A stretch of 64,000 nucleotides of DNA, taken from NCBI GenBank assembly GCA_963733755.1, contig CAVTEZ010000008.1, positions 48,328-112,327 of the forward strand, given 5' to 3'. A model generated the notes under the pieces. That model was not told the DNA's origin and ran no database searches. It saw only the letters and a program-made list of their open reading frames with translations. Both the position numbers and the translations under genes were made by a program. This DNA comes from an uncultured Actinomycetota bacterium. GTDB taxonomy: Bacteria > Actinomycetota > Actinomycetes > Mycobacteriales > Mycobacteriaceae. Of this stretch, positions 47,768-58,234 are shown piece after piece; the first letter of the stretch is position 1; every line of letters starts with the position of its first letter.

Positions 47768-48224
47768 CCGCGGCTGCCTGGGTTTGTGGGGCCATGCGGA
47801 ACTGAGCTTTCGCCAAACACCAAGTCTTACAATGAGAGCGCGGTGCCCGAGCTACCGGGTCCGGTGGAGTGGCAATGCTAGCCGCTCCCCGCTTGTCGTG
47901 CCGACCGTAACGGGGCTGGGCGATCTACGCTTTAACGCATGAGTCGACGCGGCGCGGATGAGATCTCCGGATCCCCGCAACTTCAGGCCCGCCTTCTGCG
48001 GCCTGCTGGGCCGGCGCAGATGAACGCGGCAGATCGTGATCGCCTGATCGTGCACCTCACCGACAGGGGTGGAATCACGACAAAATCGGGCGCGCCGTCG
48101 GGCTGTCGAGGCGCGGAGTCGGTATGACCCTTCAGCGGATTGCTGAGGGTCGACCTGGGCGAGTTCGCGGCGAATGACTGCGACGTTGTTGGTCGGTGAT
48201 TGCCTGGCTCTGATTGTGCTTCGG

Positions 48225-48286
48225 CCGGCTTAAATCTGCGCGCTCAGGGGTGGTACATACGCGAGCGACCGGCTTTAATCTGCGCG
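48225..48286 (+). repeat. 18-bp direct repeat pair, 44 bp apart, upstream of the LuxR-type gene
   Basis: ccggcttaaatctgcgcg (48225) and ccggctttaatctgcgcg (48269). Confidence 0.6.
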
Positions 48287-48320
48287 TTTGCGCTGATGTT
48301 TTGTCGCACGTAGTGGCTGC

Positions 48321-51300
48321 ATGCTGACTAGCATGAGCGACATCGATCCGCGCGCGGATGCGCCGCTGGTGGACTGGAGCGATCTTGGCGTGAGCGGCCT
48401 TTTGCCGACGGGCACGGTGACGCTGCTGCTGGCTGACGTGGAGGGTTCAACGCGGCTGTGGGAGACCCAGGCCGAGGTGATGACGGCCGCGATTGCGCGT
48501 TGCAACCAGGTCGTGTGTGATGTCGTGGCCGCCCATGACGGTGTGCGCCCGGTCGAGCAGGGTGAGGGTGACAGTTTTGTGGCGGCGTTCGCCTGGGCTT
48601 CGGATGCGGTTGCCGCTGCGCTGGAGTTGCAGCGCGCGCCGTTGGTGCCGATTCGGCTGCGCATCGGGGTGCATACCGGCGAGATTCAGTTGCGCGATGA
48701 GGGTAACTACGCGGGTCCGACGATCAACCGCACGGCCCGGCTGCGCGATCTGGGGCACGGCGGCCAGACCCTGCTGTCCGGCGCGACCGAGGTCATGGTG
48801 GTCGACCGGCTGCCTGAGGGCGCCTGGCTGACCGATCTGGGCACCCACGGGCTGCGGGATCTGCCCCGCCCGGAGCGAGTGGTGCAGCTGTGCCATCCCG
48901 ACCTGGTGAACGAGTTCCCGCCGCTGCGCACGCCGAAAGCTGTTGCTGCAAGTAATCTTCCGGTGCAGCTGACCAGTTTCGTGGGCCGCGACGCACAGAT
49001 AAATGATGTGCGGGAGCTGCTGGCGCAGAACCGGGTGGTGACGTTGACTGGCGCGGGCGGGGTGGGCAAAACGCGGCTGGCAGTCCAGGTCGCGGCCGGA
49101 ATGGCCGGCGAGTTCGGCGACGGGGTGTGGTACGTGGATCTGGCGCCGATCACCGATCCCGAGCTGGTGTCCGTGACGGTGGCGCGTGCACTGGGGCTGC
49201 CCGATCAGCCGGGCCGCTCCACGATGGACAGCCTGCTGCGGTTTGTTCGCGACCGTCAGATGCTGGTGGTGCTGGACAACTGCGAGCATCTGCTCGATGC
49301 CAGCGCCGAGCTGGTTGTCGCTGTGCTGAGTGGGGCGGCGCGGTTGACCTTGCTCGCCACCAGCCGTGAGGCGATCGGGGTGGCCGGTGAGGTGAGCTGG
49401 CGGGTGCCGTCGCTGTCGCTGGCCGGTGAAGCCATCGAGTTGTTCGCCGACCGGGCTCGCCATGCTCGGCCCGGTTTCGCGGTCAGCGACGACAACACCG
49501 CGACGGTGGGCGAGATTTGCGCGCGCCTAGATGGGGTGCCGCTGGCGATCGAGCTGCCGCCGCCCGGGTGCGGGCGTTGTCGCTGGCCGAGATCGTAGAG
49601 AGCTTGCATGACCGGTTCCGGCTGCTGACCGGTGGTGCGCGCACCGCGGTGCGCCGCCAGCAGACCTTGCGCGCCTCGGTGGACTGGTCGCATGCGCTGT
49701 TGACCGAACCCGAGCGGGTGTTGTTTCGCCGGCTGGCGGTGTTTTTGGGTGGGTTCGACTTCGACGCCGCCCAAGAGGTCGCTGGCGGTGGTGACGTGCA
49801 GCGTTACCAGGTGCTCGATCAGCTCACCCTGCTCGTGGACAAGTCACTAGTGGTCGCCGACGACACCGGGGGCCGAACACGCTACCGGCTGCTGGAGACG
49901 GTGCGCCAATACGCCCTGGAGAAACTTGGCGAATCCGGCGAAGCCGACGCCGTGCGGGCACGTCACCGTGATTACTACACGGCGCTGGCGGCGCTGCTCG
50001 ACGCCCCGGCGGGCGGTGATTATGAGCAGCGCATCGAGCGGGCCGAGATCGAGATCGACAACCTGCGCGCCGCGTTCGGATGGAGCCGGGAAAACTCCGA
50101 CGTCGAACTGGCCCTGGCGCTGGCGTCCTCGTTGCAGCCGCTGTGGCAAGCGCGGGGCCGCCTCCGGGAAGGGCTGGCCTGGTTCGACACCGCCCTGGCC
50201 GACGACAACGCGCAGCATCCTGGGGTGGGGGCCGCGGTGCGGGCGCGGGCGCTCGCCGACAGCGCCGTCCTCGGCCTGTGGGCGGGCGCCGCCGACAGCC
50301 CGGATCAGGCTCAGCAAGCCCTGGCGATCGCCCGCGAGCTCGATGACCCGGCCCTGCTGGCTCGCGCGCTCACCGCCTGCGGCCACATCGCCAGCCTACT
50401 TCGACGCAGAGGCGGCCCGGGCGTACTTGGCCGAAGCGATTGGCCTGGCCCGGGAATTGGGCGACCCGTGGCGGCTCAGCCAGATCCTCACCTGCCAGGC
50501 GGTCGTGGCGGTCACGACGGGTGACCTGATCGCGGTGCGCGCGACCGGTCGAAGAAGGAGGCGATCTCGCCGATGGGATCGGTGACCGGTTCACGTCGCG
50601 CCGGTGCCGCTGGTGCCTCGGATCGGCACAGTGGATGAGCGGCGATCTGGTGGCAGCCGCCGCACAATTTCGGCGCGGTGGCCGTTGAGGCTGAGGCAGC
50701 TCACGATGAGATCTGGAGGGCGAATAGCCTCACGGGCCAGGGCGTCGTACTGGCGTGGCAAGGTGACACGGGTCCGGCCCGGGCCGCCGCCGACGCGGCC
50801 ATCGAGGCCGCCGCCGAGCTTGGCGGATAAACCGCGGGCAACGCCTACACGGCGTTGGCTACCGCGGCCCTGGCCGCCGGCGATGCTGCGACAGCGCTGG
50901 ACGCGACCGAGGCGGCCTGGCAGCACATGAGTGTCCTGCCCGCGAGAGCGGCGGTGGGGCGCGTCATCAGTGCGTGGGCCACGCTGGCCGGCGGGGATCT
51001 GGTCGCGGCCCGCCGTTGGGCCGACGAGGCGGTGTCGACCACGACCGGCGGGCACCTGTCGCAGGCGCTGACCGTGCGCAGCCGGGTGGCGATCGCGCAG
51101 GGTGAGCCGGAGCCGGCCGAACGCGACGCCCATGAGGCGCTCGCCTGCGCCGCCGACATCGGGGCGTACCTGCACATCCCCGACATCCTCGAATGCCTCG
51201 CCGCTGCTGGCCAGCGACGCCCACAGTCACCGCGAAGCCGCCCGGTTCTTCGGCGTGGCACACGCCGTCCGGCTGCACATGGGCGCAGTCCGCTTCAAGA

Positions 51301-51650
51301 TCTATGACGCCGACTACCAAGCCTCGGTGGCGGCGCTGCGAGACGCCTTGGGCGAGCAGGACTTTGACGCCGCGTGGGCCGAGGGGGCGACCCTGTCGAC
51401 CGAGGAGGCGATCGCCTACGCCCAACGCGGCCGCGGCCAACGCAAACGCCCCACCAGCGGCTGGGCATCGCTCACGCCGACCGAACGCGACGTCGTACGA
51501 CTGGTCAGCGAGGGGCTCGCCAACAACGACATCGCCACAAGGCTTTTCGTCTCACCGCGCACCGTGCAAACCCACCTCACCCACGTCTACACCAAACTCG
51601 GCCTGAGCTCGCGCGTACAGCTCGTCCAAGAAGCCGCCCGCCACAGCTGA
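48321..51650 (+). pseudogene. Adenylate-cyclase-like + STAND NTPase + LuxR HTH regulator (Rv0386/Rv1358/Rv2488c family), multiply frameshifted
   Basis: TLLLADVEGST, GNYAGPTINRTARLRD, GAGGVGKT, LDNCEH, QQTLRASVDWSH, and C-terminal LTPTERDVVRLVSEGLANNDIATRLFVSPRTVQTHL. Confidence 0.85.
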
Positions 51651-51831
51651 ACGCTGCTGGCGAGACGGCAGGAAGACCCAACCGCCAATTCCGTTACGCA
51701 GGAACGGGTCTGAGAAGCCGCCGCTAGTCCTCTTGCAGTGGAAACGGTTGACCAGGCACCGAGGCGTTGGCGTAGAGCCCCCATGCCTCTGAAAACTTTG
51801 GCGCGACTCGCGATGAACTGCATAAACACAA

Positions 51832-51864
51832 TGGCGCGACTGGGCTAAATCCTCAGTCGCGCCA
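51832..51864. other. Perfect 11-bp inverted repeat (hairpin or operator)
   Basis: tggcgcgactg-N11-cagtcgcgcca, with another tggcgcgact copy at 51799. Confidence 0.5.
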
Positions 51865-51914
51865 ACTGCCAAGTGATGGCGCCACCGCAACGTTCTAATC
51901 GAAAGGGAAGTCAC

Positions 51915-52219
51915 ATGACGGCCGACCAATGGGCTGGTATGTCCGAAGATCGGCAAGCTCAACTACGAAAAGCCGCGCTTAGATTTCGGGGCATCGTGTC
52001 GGTCATCGGTGATGACGGCAGCATCCTGACCGCGACACAGCCATCGAACTCACGGCATCGCAAAGCTTAGAAGCCGACTTACTCGAAGCGCACACCGAAT
52101 GGCTGAGCCGAGTCAAAGCCAGATGCGAGAAGTCCGGCCGCGAGTGGACGCGCGAAAACTTTCTGCGGATCGTCCAACTCCGGGAGACGAATGACCGAGA
52201 AGACGAAGGCTGCGTCTAA
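51915..52219 (+). pseudogene. Small hypothetical gene (about 101 aa) with one frameshift near 52035
   Basis: RBS GAAAGGGAAG; MTADQWAG...GSILTA continues in another frame as DTAIELTASQ...EDEGCV*. Confidence 0.4.
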
Positions 52220-52429
52220 TAAGGACCCGGTCCGCAACCAGGACTGGTCGCATGGTCACATTCAAGATGCAAGCAACCCTCCATCTGGCGCACGCATAAC
52301 GCAGGTCACAGCCCCATACCAGGGGGTATCAGAGCCCCTCAAACAGCGCACCCTCCTCGACCCCCTTAACTCCCCGTGTGCGAAGCCAAAAAAGTCCTTT
52401 CTTGAAAAATCGGGGCTGGCTAGAGCAAG

Positions 52430-53272
52430 TCAGGGGATAAGGCTGGCCAAATCGGGAGCAACGCTGGCCAAATCGGGAGCAACGCTAGCCAAATCGGGAG
52501 CAACGCTAGCCAAATCGGCGGTCGGGCTGGCCAGATCAGCGGCACTGCCGAAATCCAGAGTGCTGGCCAAATCGGCAACATTGCCCAAATCGCTGTTGGG
52601 GAAGGGGAACCAGTCGTCAGGGGGCAAGATGTTTTGCTGGAGGGTGTCGATGTACTCAGCCGGGAACTGCGAGCTCGGTAGCGAATCCCAGATCTCTTTG
52701 GGAGTTGTCTGTCCCGCGTATAGGATCCATTCCCCCGTGGCATGCCCGTCGCCGACCAGGAACTTCGTGTAGTCGCCTGGCACGGTTTTTATCATGGTGT
52801 GCGCGCCGTCCGCGTAAAAGACTTGCAGGGTGTTCGAGTGAAAGGTCGGATCTCCCGCCTCATCCGTGCCGAAGGGACCCCTCCAGACGTCGTTCACCGT
52901 CGCTCCAGACAAGTTGTCAGAGTCGATCCCGGTGGGATTGTCCGCGGACGGAGTGAAGGTGCCGAAATGGTATTCCGCATGGTCCAGTTTGGCCGACTCG
53001 TAGTCCTCCTCCTGGACGTCGTAAGTCCCAGAGACAAAAGACGTATCACCTTGGGTCACCTCAACGTTGGTCGGTTGGATGTCCTTCCAGTTCGAGAAAT
53101 CTGGCCGAATCCCGTTATACACGACGTCGTACGGGTTTCCGCCAGACACCAATGTGCAATCAAAGAGACTACAGTCGTCGGCGTGGGCGAGAGCCACCGG
53201 CAGAAAAGCGGCGGCGGCGAGTCCACCGGCAGCCGCAGCGAGTACTGGCAGCAGACAACGTTGTTTCGACAT
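52430..53272 (-). CDS. Secreted acidic protein with C-terminal 7-aa repeats
   Basis: Signal peptide ending AHA|DD, Asp/Gly/Thr-rich body, and (DLASVAP)n tail. Confidence 0.72.
   Translation of the reverse strand: MSKQRCLLPVLAAAAGGLAAAAFLPVALAHADDCSLFDCTLVSGGNPYDVVYNGIRPDFSNWKDIQPTNVEVTQGDTSFVSGTYDVQEEDYESAKLDHAEYHFGTFTPSADNPTGIDSDNLSGATVNDVWRGPFGTDEAGDPTFHSNTLQVFYADGAHTMIKTVPGDYTKFLVGDGHATGEWILYAGQTTPKEIWDSLPSSQFPAEYIDTLQQNILPPDDWFPFPNSDLGNVADLASTLDFGSAADLASPTADLASVAPDLASVAPDLASVAPDLASLIP
52443..52547. repeat. 21-bp coding tandem repeat (VNTR)
   Basis: Three near-identical ct(g/a)gccaaatcgggagcaacg units and two degenerate units, with weaker copies out to about 52595. Confidence 0.85.
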
Positions 53273-53681
53273 AGGTGCCCCCTATTGTTATTGTAATCAC
53301 GCCCAACAGGTCGTGAATTTGGCGAGCGTACACCCGCAGCGGCGTTGAGTGTGCGGAAACATGAAATGATTCCTGCTATTCTTCCGGCCCTGAACCAGCA
53401 AGTCAGGGGATTCGGGTTTGACAGTTGCAGCCATGCCCGATGCATTAGGCCGCTCCGCGCCGGATTACCGGCTCCGACGGCCACAATGTCGCCGGAGGAG
53501 CGCGCCGCATCGTCATTGAATTGCTGGCCCTCGCTGGAGCCGGCAGCGCATTGGTGATCACCGCGGCATCGCACGTAGTACCGCCATCGCCACGTTCAAC
53601 AGGCACCCCGAGTCGCCCACGCCCGACCTCGGCGAATGCGACATCCCGCGGCCCATCCCGCAAAGGAATGGTGAATACGCC

Positions 53682-53972
53682 ATGACCGTCCGCTACGACG
53701 ACCCCAATATCGAGCAATGGTGGGAAGGCCGCGTCGCCTACGTCCGCCACCAAGCACAAGCCCTCCGCGACGCCGGCTGGACATATCCGCAAGCCGTCGA
53801 CCGACACCACGAATTCGGCGCGGATGACTTCACATGGCTTCTACTGGCCGAACCACTGATTGACGAAGGCCACGACTGGTATTACAGGGGCAACCCACTC
53901 GGCGTCGATAAGCCCGATCCACGGAAGTCAAAAGACTCAACGAACAACTTGCGCGCAAAGCCGGGGCCGTAA
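53682..53972 (+). CDS. Hypothetical protein (96 aa)
   Basis: ORF with an upstream AAAGGA purine tract; aromatic-rich; no family recognised. Confidence 0.4.
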   Translation: MTVRYDDPNIEQWWEGRVAYVRHQAQALRDAGWTYPQAVDRHHEFGADDFTWLLLAEPLIDEGHDWYYRGNPLGVDKPDPRKSKDSTNNLRAKPGP

Positions 53973-54284
53973 AACGCCAAGCCGCCACCATTGAACAATC
54001 GCAGCGACGGGTCGACAAACCCGAATGGGACGACCTATCAGCAAGCGCACAAGAGCGGCTAGTTTCCGGTTTCCGTGTCTAATAAAAAGCAGGAGGTGAG
54101 CGGTGGGAAGTCGTAGTAGTGGTCGGAGGTCGCGACCGAATCATTTGGTAGCCGTCCCGGCGCAGGCGCCTTTCACGGTTCAGCGCCGGCACGGCCTCGA
54201 GCGTCCGCGCCTTGCGCATTAGCGATGGCCGCGCCGCGCTCCGCTTAGTTCGGAACACCATCTATCTTTGCTATCGTCGTGCCG

Positions 54285-54719
54285 ATGAGGTCTGATCGCG
54301 TCGGCGGCGATAACCGTCTCGAAGAGTTGCGAGATGCGTTGGCGCAGATGTCTTTTGCACTGATGGCGGTGCTCACCGAAGTCGCGGCCGAGCACGATCT
54401 ATCGCTCACCCAACTGCGCGTGCTGGGCATTCTGCGGGATCGCCAGCTGACCATGGCCGACCTGGCGGCCTTCACCGGTTTGGAGCGCTCGACCGTCAGC
54501 GGCCTCATTGACCGCGCCTCGGCCCGCGGCCTGGTCGTGAAAACCGCCGACCCGCACGACGGTCGCTCGGTGCGGGTCACCCTTACCGAGTCGACCCGTC
54601 ACCTGGTACCCGAGATCACCGCGGCCATCGGCGACCGGATCCAGCCGTTGACCAGCCGGTTGAGCGCCGTCGAGCAGACGAAGCTCACTGCGCTGGTGAA
54701 CAAAGCGCTCGGCTCCTAA
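54285..54719 (+). CDS. MarR-family transcriptional regulator
   Basis: LSLTQLRVL, ERSTVSGLIDR and DPHDGRSVRVTLT. TATCGT sits 7 nt before the ATG (leaderless geometry). Confidence 0.88.
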   Translation: MRSDRVGGDNRLEELRDALAQMSFALMAVLTEVAAEHDLSLTQLRVLGILRDRQLTMADLAAFTGLERSTVSGLIDRASARGLVVKTADPHDGRSVRVTLTESTRHLVPEITAAIGDRIQPLTSRLSAVEQTKLTALVNKALGS

Positions 54720-54809
54720 ATCCATCGTCGACAGCCGCCTTGACCGGGCAGTGTCCGCGATGCTAAGCAGGTGCTCAGCATCCACGTGCATGTTATTGGA
54801 AGGGATCAG

Positions 54810-56264
54810 ATGGCGCTGCAGACACTCTTGGACGACATCCGTAAGCGCCCCGGCTCAGGTGACGTCATTGCGGTCATCGATCCCGCGACCGAGGAAACGA
54901 TCACGGAATTCACCGACTGTGGCGAAGAGTCGGTCAACGAGGCCGTCGCACGGGCCAAGGCGTCCTTCGAATCCGGTGTCTGGTCCCAGCTGCCGGGCCG
55001 CGAGCGGGCCAAGATCATGTGGCGGATCGCCGATCTGATCGACGAGCACGCCGACGAGTTCGCCCAGCTCGACTCGCTGAACACCGGCATGCCGCTGATG
55101 CAGGCGACCCTGCAGATGTCGACGTGTTCGGAGTTCTTCCGCTACTACGCCGGCTGGTGTTCGAAGATCAACGGCGTTGCCTACGACGTGAAGACCGACG
55201 GCATCGCGACAGACGCCTACGTCAACATGCACGCCTACACGTTGAAAGAGCCCTACGGCGTTGTCGGCCTGATCTTCCCGTGGAACGGTCCGATCTTCAA
55301 TGCGAGCGCGAAGCTCGCACCGGCACTGGCGGCGGGCGGCAGCCTGCTCGTCAAACCCGCTGAGGAGACCCCACTTTCAGCTCTGCTGCTCGACAGGCTG
55401 ATTCACCAGGCCGGCGTACCCGAAGGTGTGGTGAACCTGCTGACCGGTTACGGCCACACCGCGGGTGCGGCGATCACCGCGCATCCCGACGTCGAGAAGG
55501 TCGCGTTCACCGGCTCGACGGAGGTCGGTAAGGAGATCGTGCGGGCGTCGGCCGACAACCTCAAGAAGGTCACGCTCGAACTCGGCGGTAAGTCGCCGGT
55601 GCTGATCTTCGACGACGCCGACTTGGACAAGGCCATCCTGATGGCCTCGCTGGGCATCTTCGTGCACTCCGGCCAGGGCTGTGTCTGCGGGTCGCGGATC
55701 TTCGCGCAGCGCGGCGTGTACGACCGTGTGGTGGAAGGCATCTCGATGATGGCCAACACGTTCAAGTACGGCGCCCCCAGCGAGGAGGGCTGCGTCAGCG
55801 GCCCGTTGATCAGCCAGAAGCAGCTGACCCGCGTGATGGGCTTCATCGACGAGGGCAAAACGGAAGGCGTCGAGGTGGTCACCGGCGGCCACCGCCTGGA
55901 TCGCAAGGGCTACTTCGTGCACCCGACCGTGCTCACCAACGTCGACCCGGGCATGCGGCTGTATCAGCAGGAGATCTTCGGACCCGTGGTCAGCATCCTG
56001 CCGTTCGACGACGAGGACGAGGCCGTGGCGATGGCCAACGACACCACCTACGGCCTGGCGGCGACCGCCTACACCGAAAACCTCGGCCGTGCCCATCGGA
56101 TCGTCAAACGGTTGCAGGCGGGCAGCGTACAGGTCAACTGCCAGTTGGTGTTTGACCACGACGTGCCGTTCGGCGGCCACAAGCAATCCGGCTGGGGACA
56201 CGAGTTCGGCAAAGAGGGCATCGAGATGTATATGAAGACCAAGTCGGTCTGGGCGCAGCTGTAA
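54810..56264 (+). CDS. NAD(P)-dependent aldehyde dehydrogenase
   Basis: FTGSTEVG, TLELGGKSP, GQGCVCG and QEIFGPV. Confidence 0.93.
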   Translation: MALQTLLDDIRKRPGSGDVIAVIDPATEETITEFTDCGEESVNEAVARAKASFESGVWSQLPGRERAKIMWRIADLIDEHADEFAQLDSLNTGMPLMQATLQMSTCSEFFRYYAGWCSKINGVAYDVKTDGIATDAYVNMHAYTLKEPYGVVGLIFPWNGPIFNASAKLAPALAAGGSLLVKPAEETPLSALLLDRLIHQAGVPEGVVNLLTGYGHTAGAAITAHPDVEKVAFTGSTEVGKEIVRASADNLKKVTLELGGKSPVLIFDDADLDKAILMASLGIFVHSGQGCVCGSRIFAQRGVYDRVVEGISMMANTFKYGAPSEEGCVSGPLISQKQLTRVMGFIDEGKTEGVEVVTGGHRLDRKGYFVHPTVLTNVDPGMRLYQQEIFGPVVSILPFDDEDEAVAMANDTTYGLAATAYTENLGRAHRIVKRLQAGSVQVNCQLVFDHDVPFGGHKQSGWGHEFGKEGIEMYMKTKSVWAQL

Positions 56265-56281
56265 GAACGTATCGTCAGCGC

Positions 56282-56746
56282 ATGGCGCAGAATCTGGAAG
56301 CACGGCTCAATTCGAACTGGCCGATCGCCCTGACGGTTTTCCGAGTGGTGTTCGGGTTGCTGTTCCTCTGCCAGGGCCTGACCAAGCTGATCGGTTGGCC
56401 TGACGTCGCACACAAGGCCCCGGTCGGCGAGTGGCCGTACTACTACGCTGGATGGATCGAACTGGTCACCAGCGTGCTGATCATTGCCGGCCTGTTCACC
56501 CGGCCTGCGGCGTTCATTGCATGCGGCGAGATGGCGTTCGCATACTTCACCGAGCACCTGCCGCACGGCTTCTTCCCGATCATCAACGGAGGTGAGCTGG
56601 CGGTGCTGTACTGCTTCGCCTTCTTCCTGCTGATCTTCGCCGGCGGTGGCGTCTACGCCCTCGATGCCCGGCGTCATCGCTGGCGGTCGGCCGGTGCGCC
56701 TCGACGTACCGGCTGGCGAAGAAACCGCCGGCTATTGCGGCGCTGA
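56282..56746 (+). CDS. DoxX family membrane protein
   Basis: FRVVFGLLF..G..K, ELV..L...GLFTRPAA and NGGELA. Confidence 0.88.
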   Translation: MAQNLEARLNSNWPIALTVFRVVFGLLFLCQGLTKLIGWPDVAHKAPVGEWPYYYAGWIELVTSVLIIAGLFTRPAAFIACGEMAFAYFTEHLPHGFFPIINGGELAVLYCFAFFLLIFAGGGVYALDARRHRWRSAGAPRRTGWRRNRRLLRR

Positions 56747-56749
56747 GCT

Positions 56750-57874
56750 TTACCGCACCGTCGCAAAGAATGCGCGGACATCGTCGACGAACAACTCCGG
56801 CTGCTCGAAGGCGGCGAAGTGGCCGCCGCGCGGCATCGTCGTCCAGTGCGTGACGTTGTAGGCGGCCTCGCACCAGCTTCGCGGGGTGCGCAGGATTTCC
56901 TTCGGAAATGCGGCGACGCCGGTGGGCAGCTCCACACGGCCGTCGGTGACAAAACTGTTGAAGCTCTCCCAGTACAGGCGGGCTGAGGATGCCCCGCTTC
57001 CGGTAACCCAGTACAGCATCACGTTGTCGAGCAATTCGTCACGACTGAGCACATTCTCGGGGTTGCCGTCGCAGTCCGCCCACGCCCAGAATTTCTCGAC
57101 GATCCAGGCGAGTTGTCCTACCGGGGAGTCGGCAAGTCCGTAACCCAGAGTCTGCGGCCGGGTGGATTGTTGCTTGGAATAGCCAGTGCCCCATTTGCGG
57201 TGTTCCACAAAGGCGGCCAGGGCCTGATGATCGTCGTCGGTGAAATCGGTGGACCCGCTGACCGGCTTCGCGATCGGCATGTTCAGGTGGATCCCCACGC
57301 AATGGCCTCCGTTGCGACCGATTTGTGTCGTCACCGCCGCACCCCAATCACCACCCTGGGCGCCGTACCGGTCATAGCCGAGCCGGCCGACCAGCGTCTC
57401 CCACGCTTCGGCGATCTTTTGTACGCCCCAGCCGGTGTGGGTCGGTCGGCCGGAGAATCCGTATCCGGGCAGCGATGGGCAGATTACGTGGAACGCGTCC
57501 TCGGCGCGCCCGGACGGCGGGTTGACCAGCGGCTCGATCACCTTGTGGAACTCCACCACCGAGCCCGGCCAGCCGTGGGTGATCACCAGTGGCAGCGCGT
57601 CATCGTGCGGCGAACGCTGGTGGATGAAATGGATGTCCAGCCCGTCGATCTCGGTCAAATAGTGGTCGAATCGGTTCAGGGCGGCTTCCCGGGCCCGCCA
57701 GTCGTAGCCGTCGGCCCAGTAAGCGGCCAGCTCGCGGGTGTACGCCAGCGGGATGCCCTGGCTCCAGTCGTCGACTGTCTCGGATTCCGGCCATCGGGTG
57801 CGGGCCAGACGGTCCTGGAGATCATCGAGAACGGCAGCGGGGACGTCGATGCGATACGGCCTGATATCGGACAT
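56750..57874 (-). CDS. Microsomal-type epoxide hydrolase (alpha/beta hydrolase)
   Basis: HGWPGS, QGGDWG nucleophile elbow and GGHFAAFEQP. Confidence 0.9.
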   Translation of the reverse strand: MSDIRPYRIDVPAAVLDDLQDRLARTRWPESETVDDWSQGIPLAYTRELAAYWADGYDWRAREAALNRFDHYLTEIDGLDIHFIHQRSPHDDALPLVITHGWPGSVVEFHKVIEPLVNPPSGRAEDAFHVICPSLPGYGFSGRPTHTGWGVQKIAEAWETLVGRLGYDRYGAQGGDWGAAVTTQIGRNGGHCVGIHLNMPIAKPVSGSTDFTDDDHQALAAFVEHRKWGTGYSKQQSTRPQTLGYGLADSPVGQLAWIVEKFWAWADCDGNPENVLSRDELLDNVMLYWVTGSGASSARLYWESFNSFVTDGRVELPTGVAAFPKEILRTPRSWCEAAYNVTHWTTMPRGGHFAAFEQPELFVDDVRAFFATVR

Positions 57875-57940
57875 GGCTCTCATCATGCAGGCAGCCATAA
57901 TCGCCGAGTGTCACCAGGTGGTGATACCACCGGCGCGATG

Positions 57941-58183
57941 TCACAAGATGTGCCGAGGCGACCTGCCCATGTAGTAACCGGTCGGGAAGGACATCTCGAT
58001 CACCCGAAGTTGATCGTGAGCTTTCGACTCGAGCTCGAGAACAACGCAGCTCTCGTCGAACGCTTTCGACTCCAGGACGGTGTAGTGCTGACCGCCGCCA
58101 TGGACGTCGGTAATCGGGTCACCTGACCGCAACGCCTCTACGGGCACCAGTTCGGGGTTGCCGTGTAGCTCCACCCTCGTCAC
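57941..58183 (-). CDS. Small hypothetical protein (80 aa)
   Basis: Protein-like composition (VPVEALRSGD...YTVLE); GTG start inferred. Confidence 0.5.
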   Translation of the reverse strand: MTRVELHGNPELVPVEALRSGDPITDVHGGGQHYTVLESKAFDESCVVLELESKAHDQLRVIEMSFPTGYYMGRSPRHIL

Positions 58184-58234
58184 GTTAGGCCAGTCGTGCG
58201 GGCGGCGGAACACTTTGGCGGCCGCCGGCTCCGA

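Noticed and set aside
52443-52595. Regular repeats as a possible CRISPR array
   Set aside because: The units are contiguous with no unique spacers, lie in frame within a CDS, and have no cas genes nearby.
52191-52772. Plus-strand ORF with LAKSGAT repeats
   Set aside because: It is the antisense reading of the same 21-bp repeat. The minus-strand ORF has a signal peptide and is the better gene.
54060-54261. 60-aa minus-strand ORF and AT-rich patch as a possible IS remnant
   Set aside because: No recognisable transposase motif, IR pair or target duplication.
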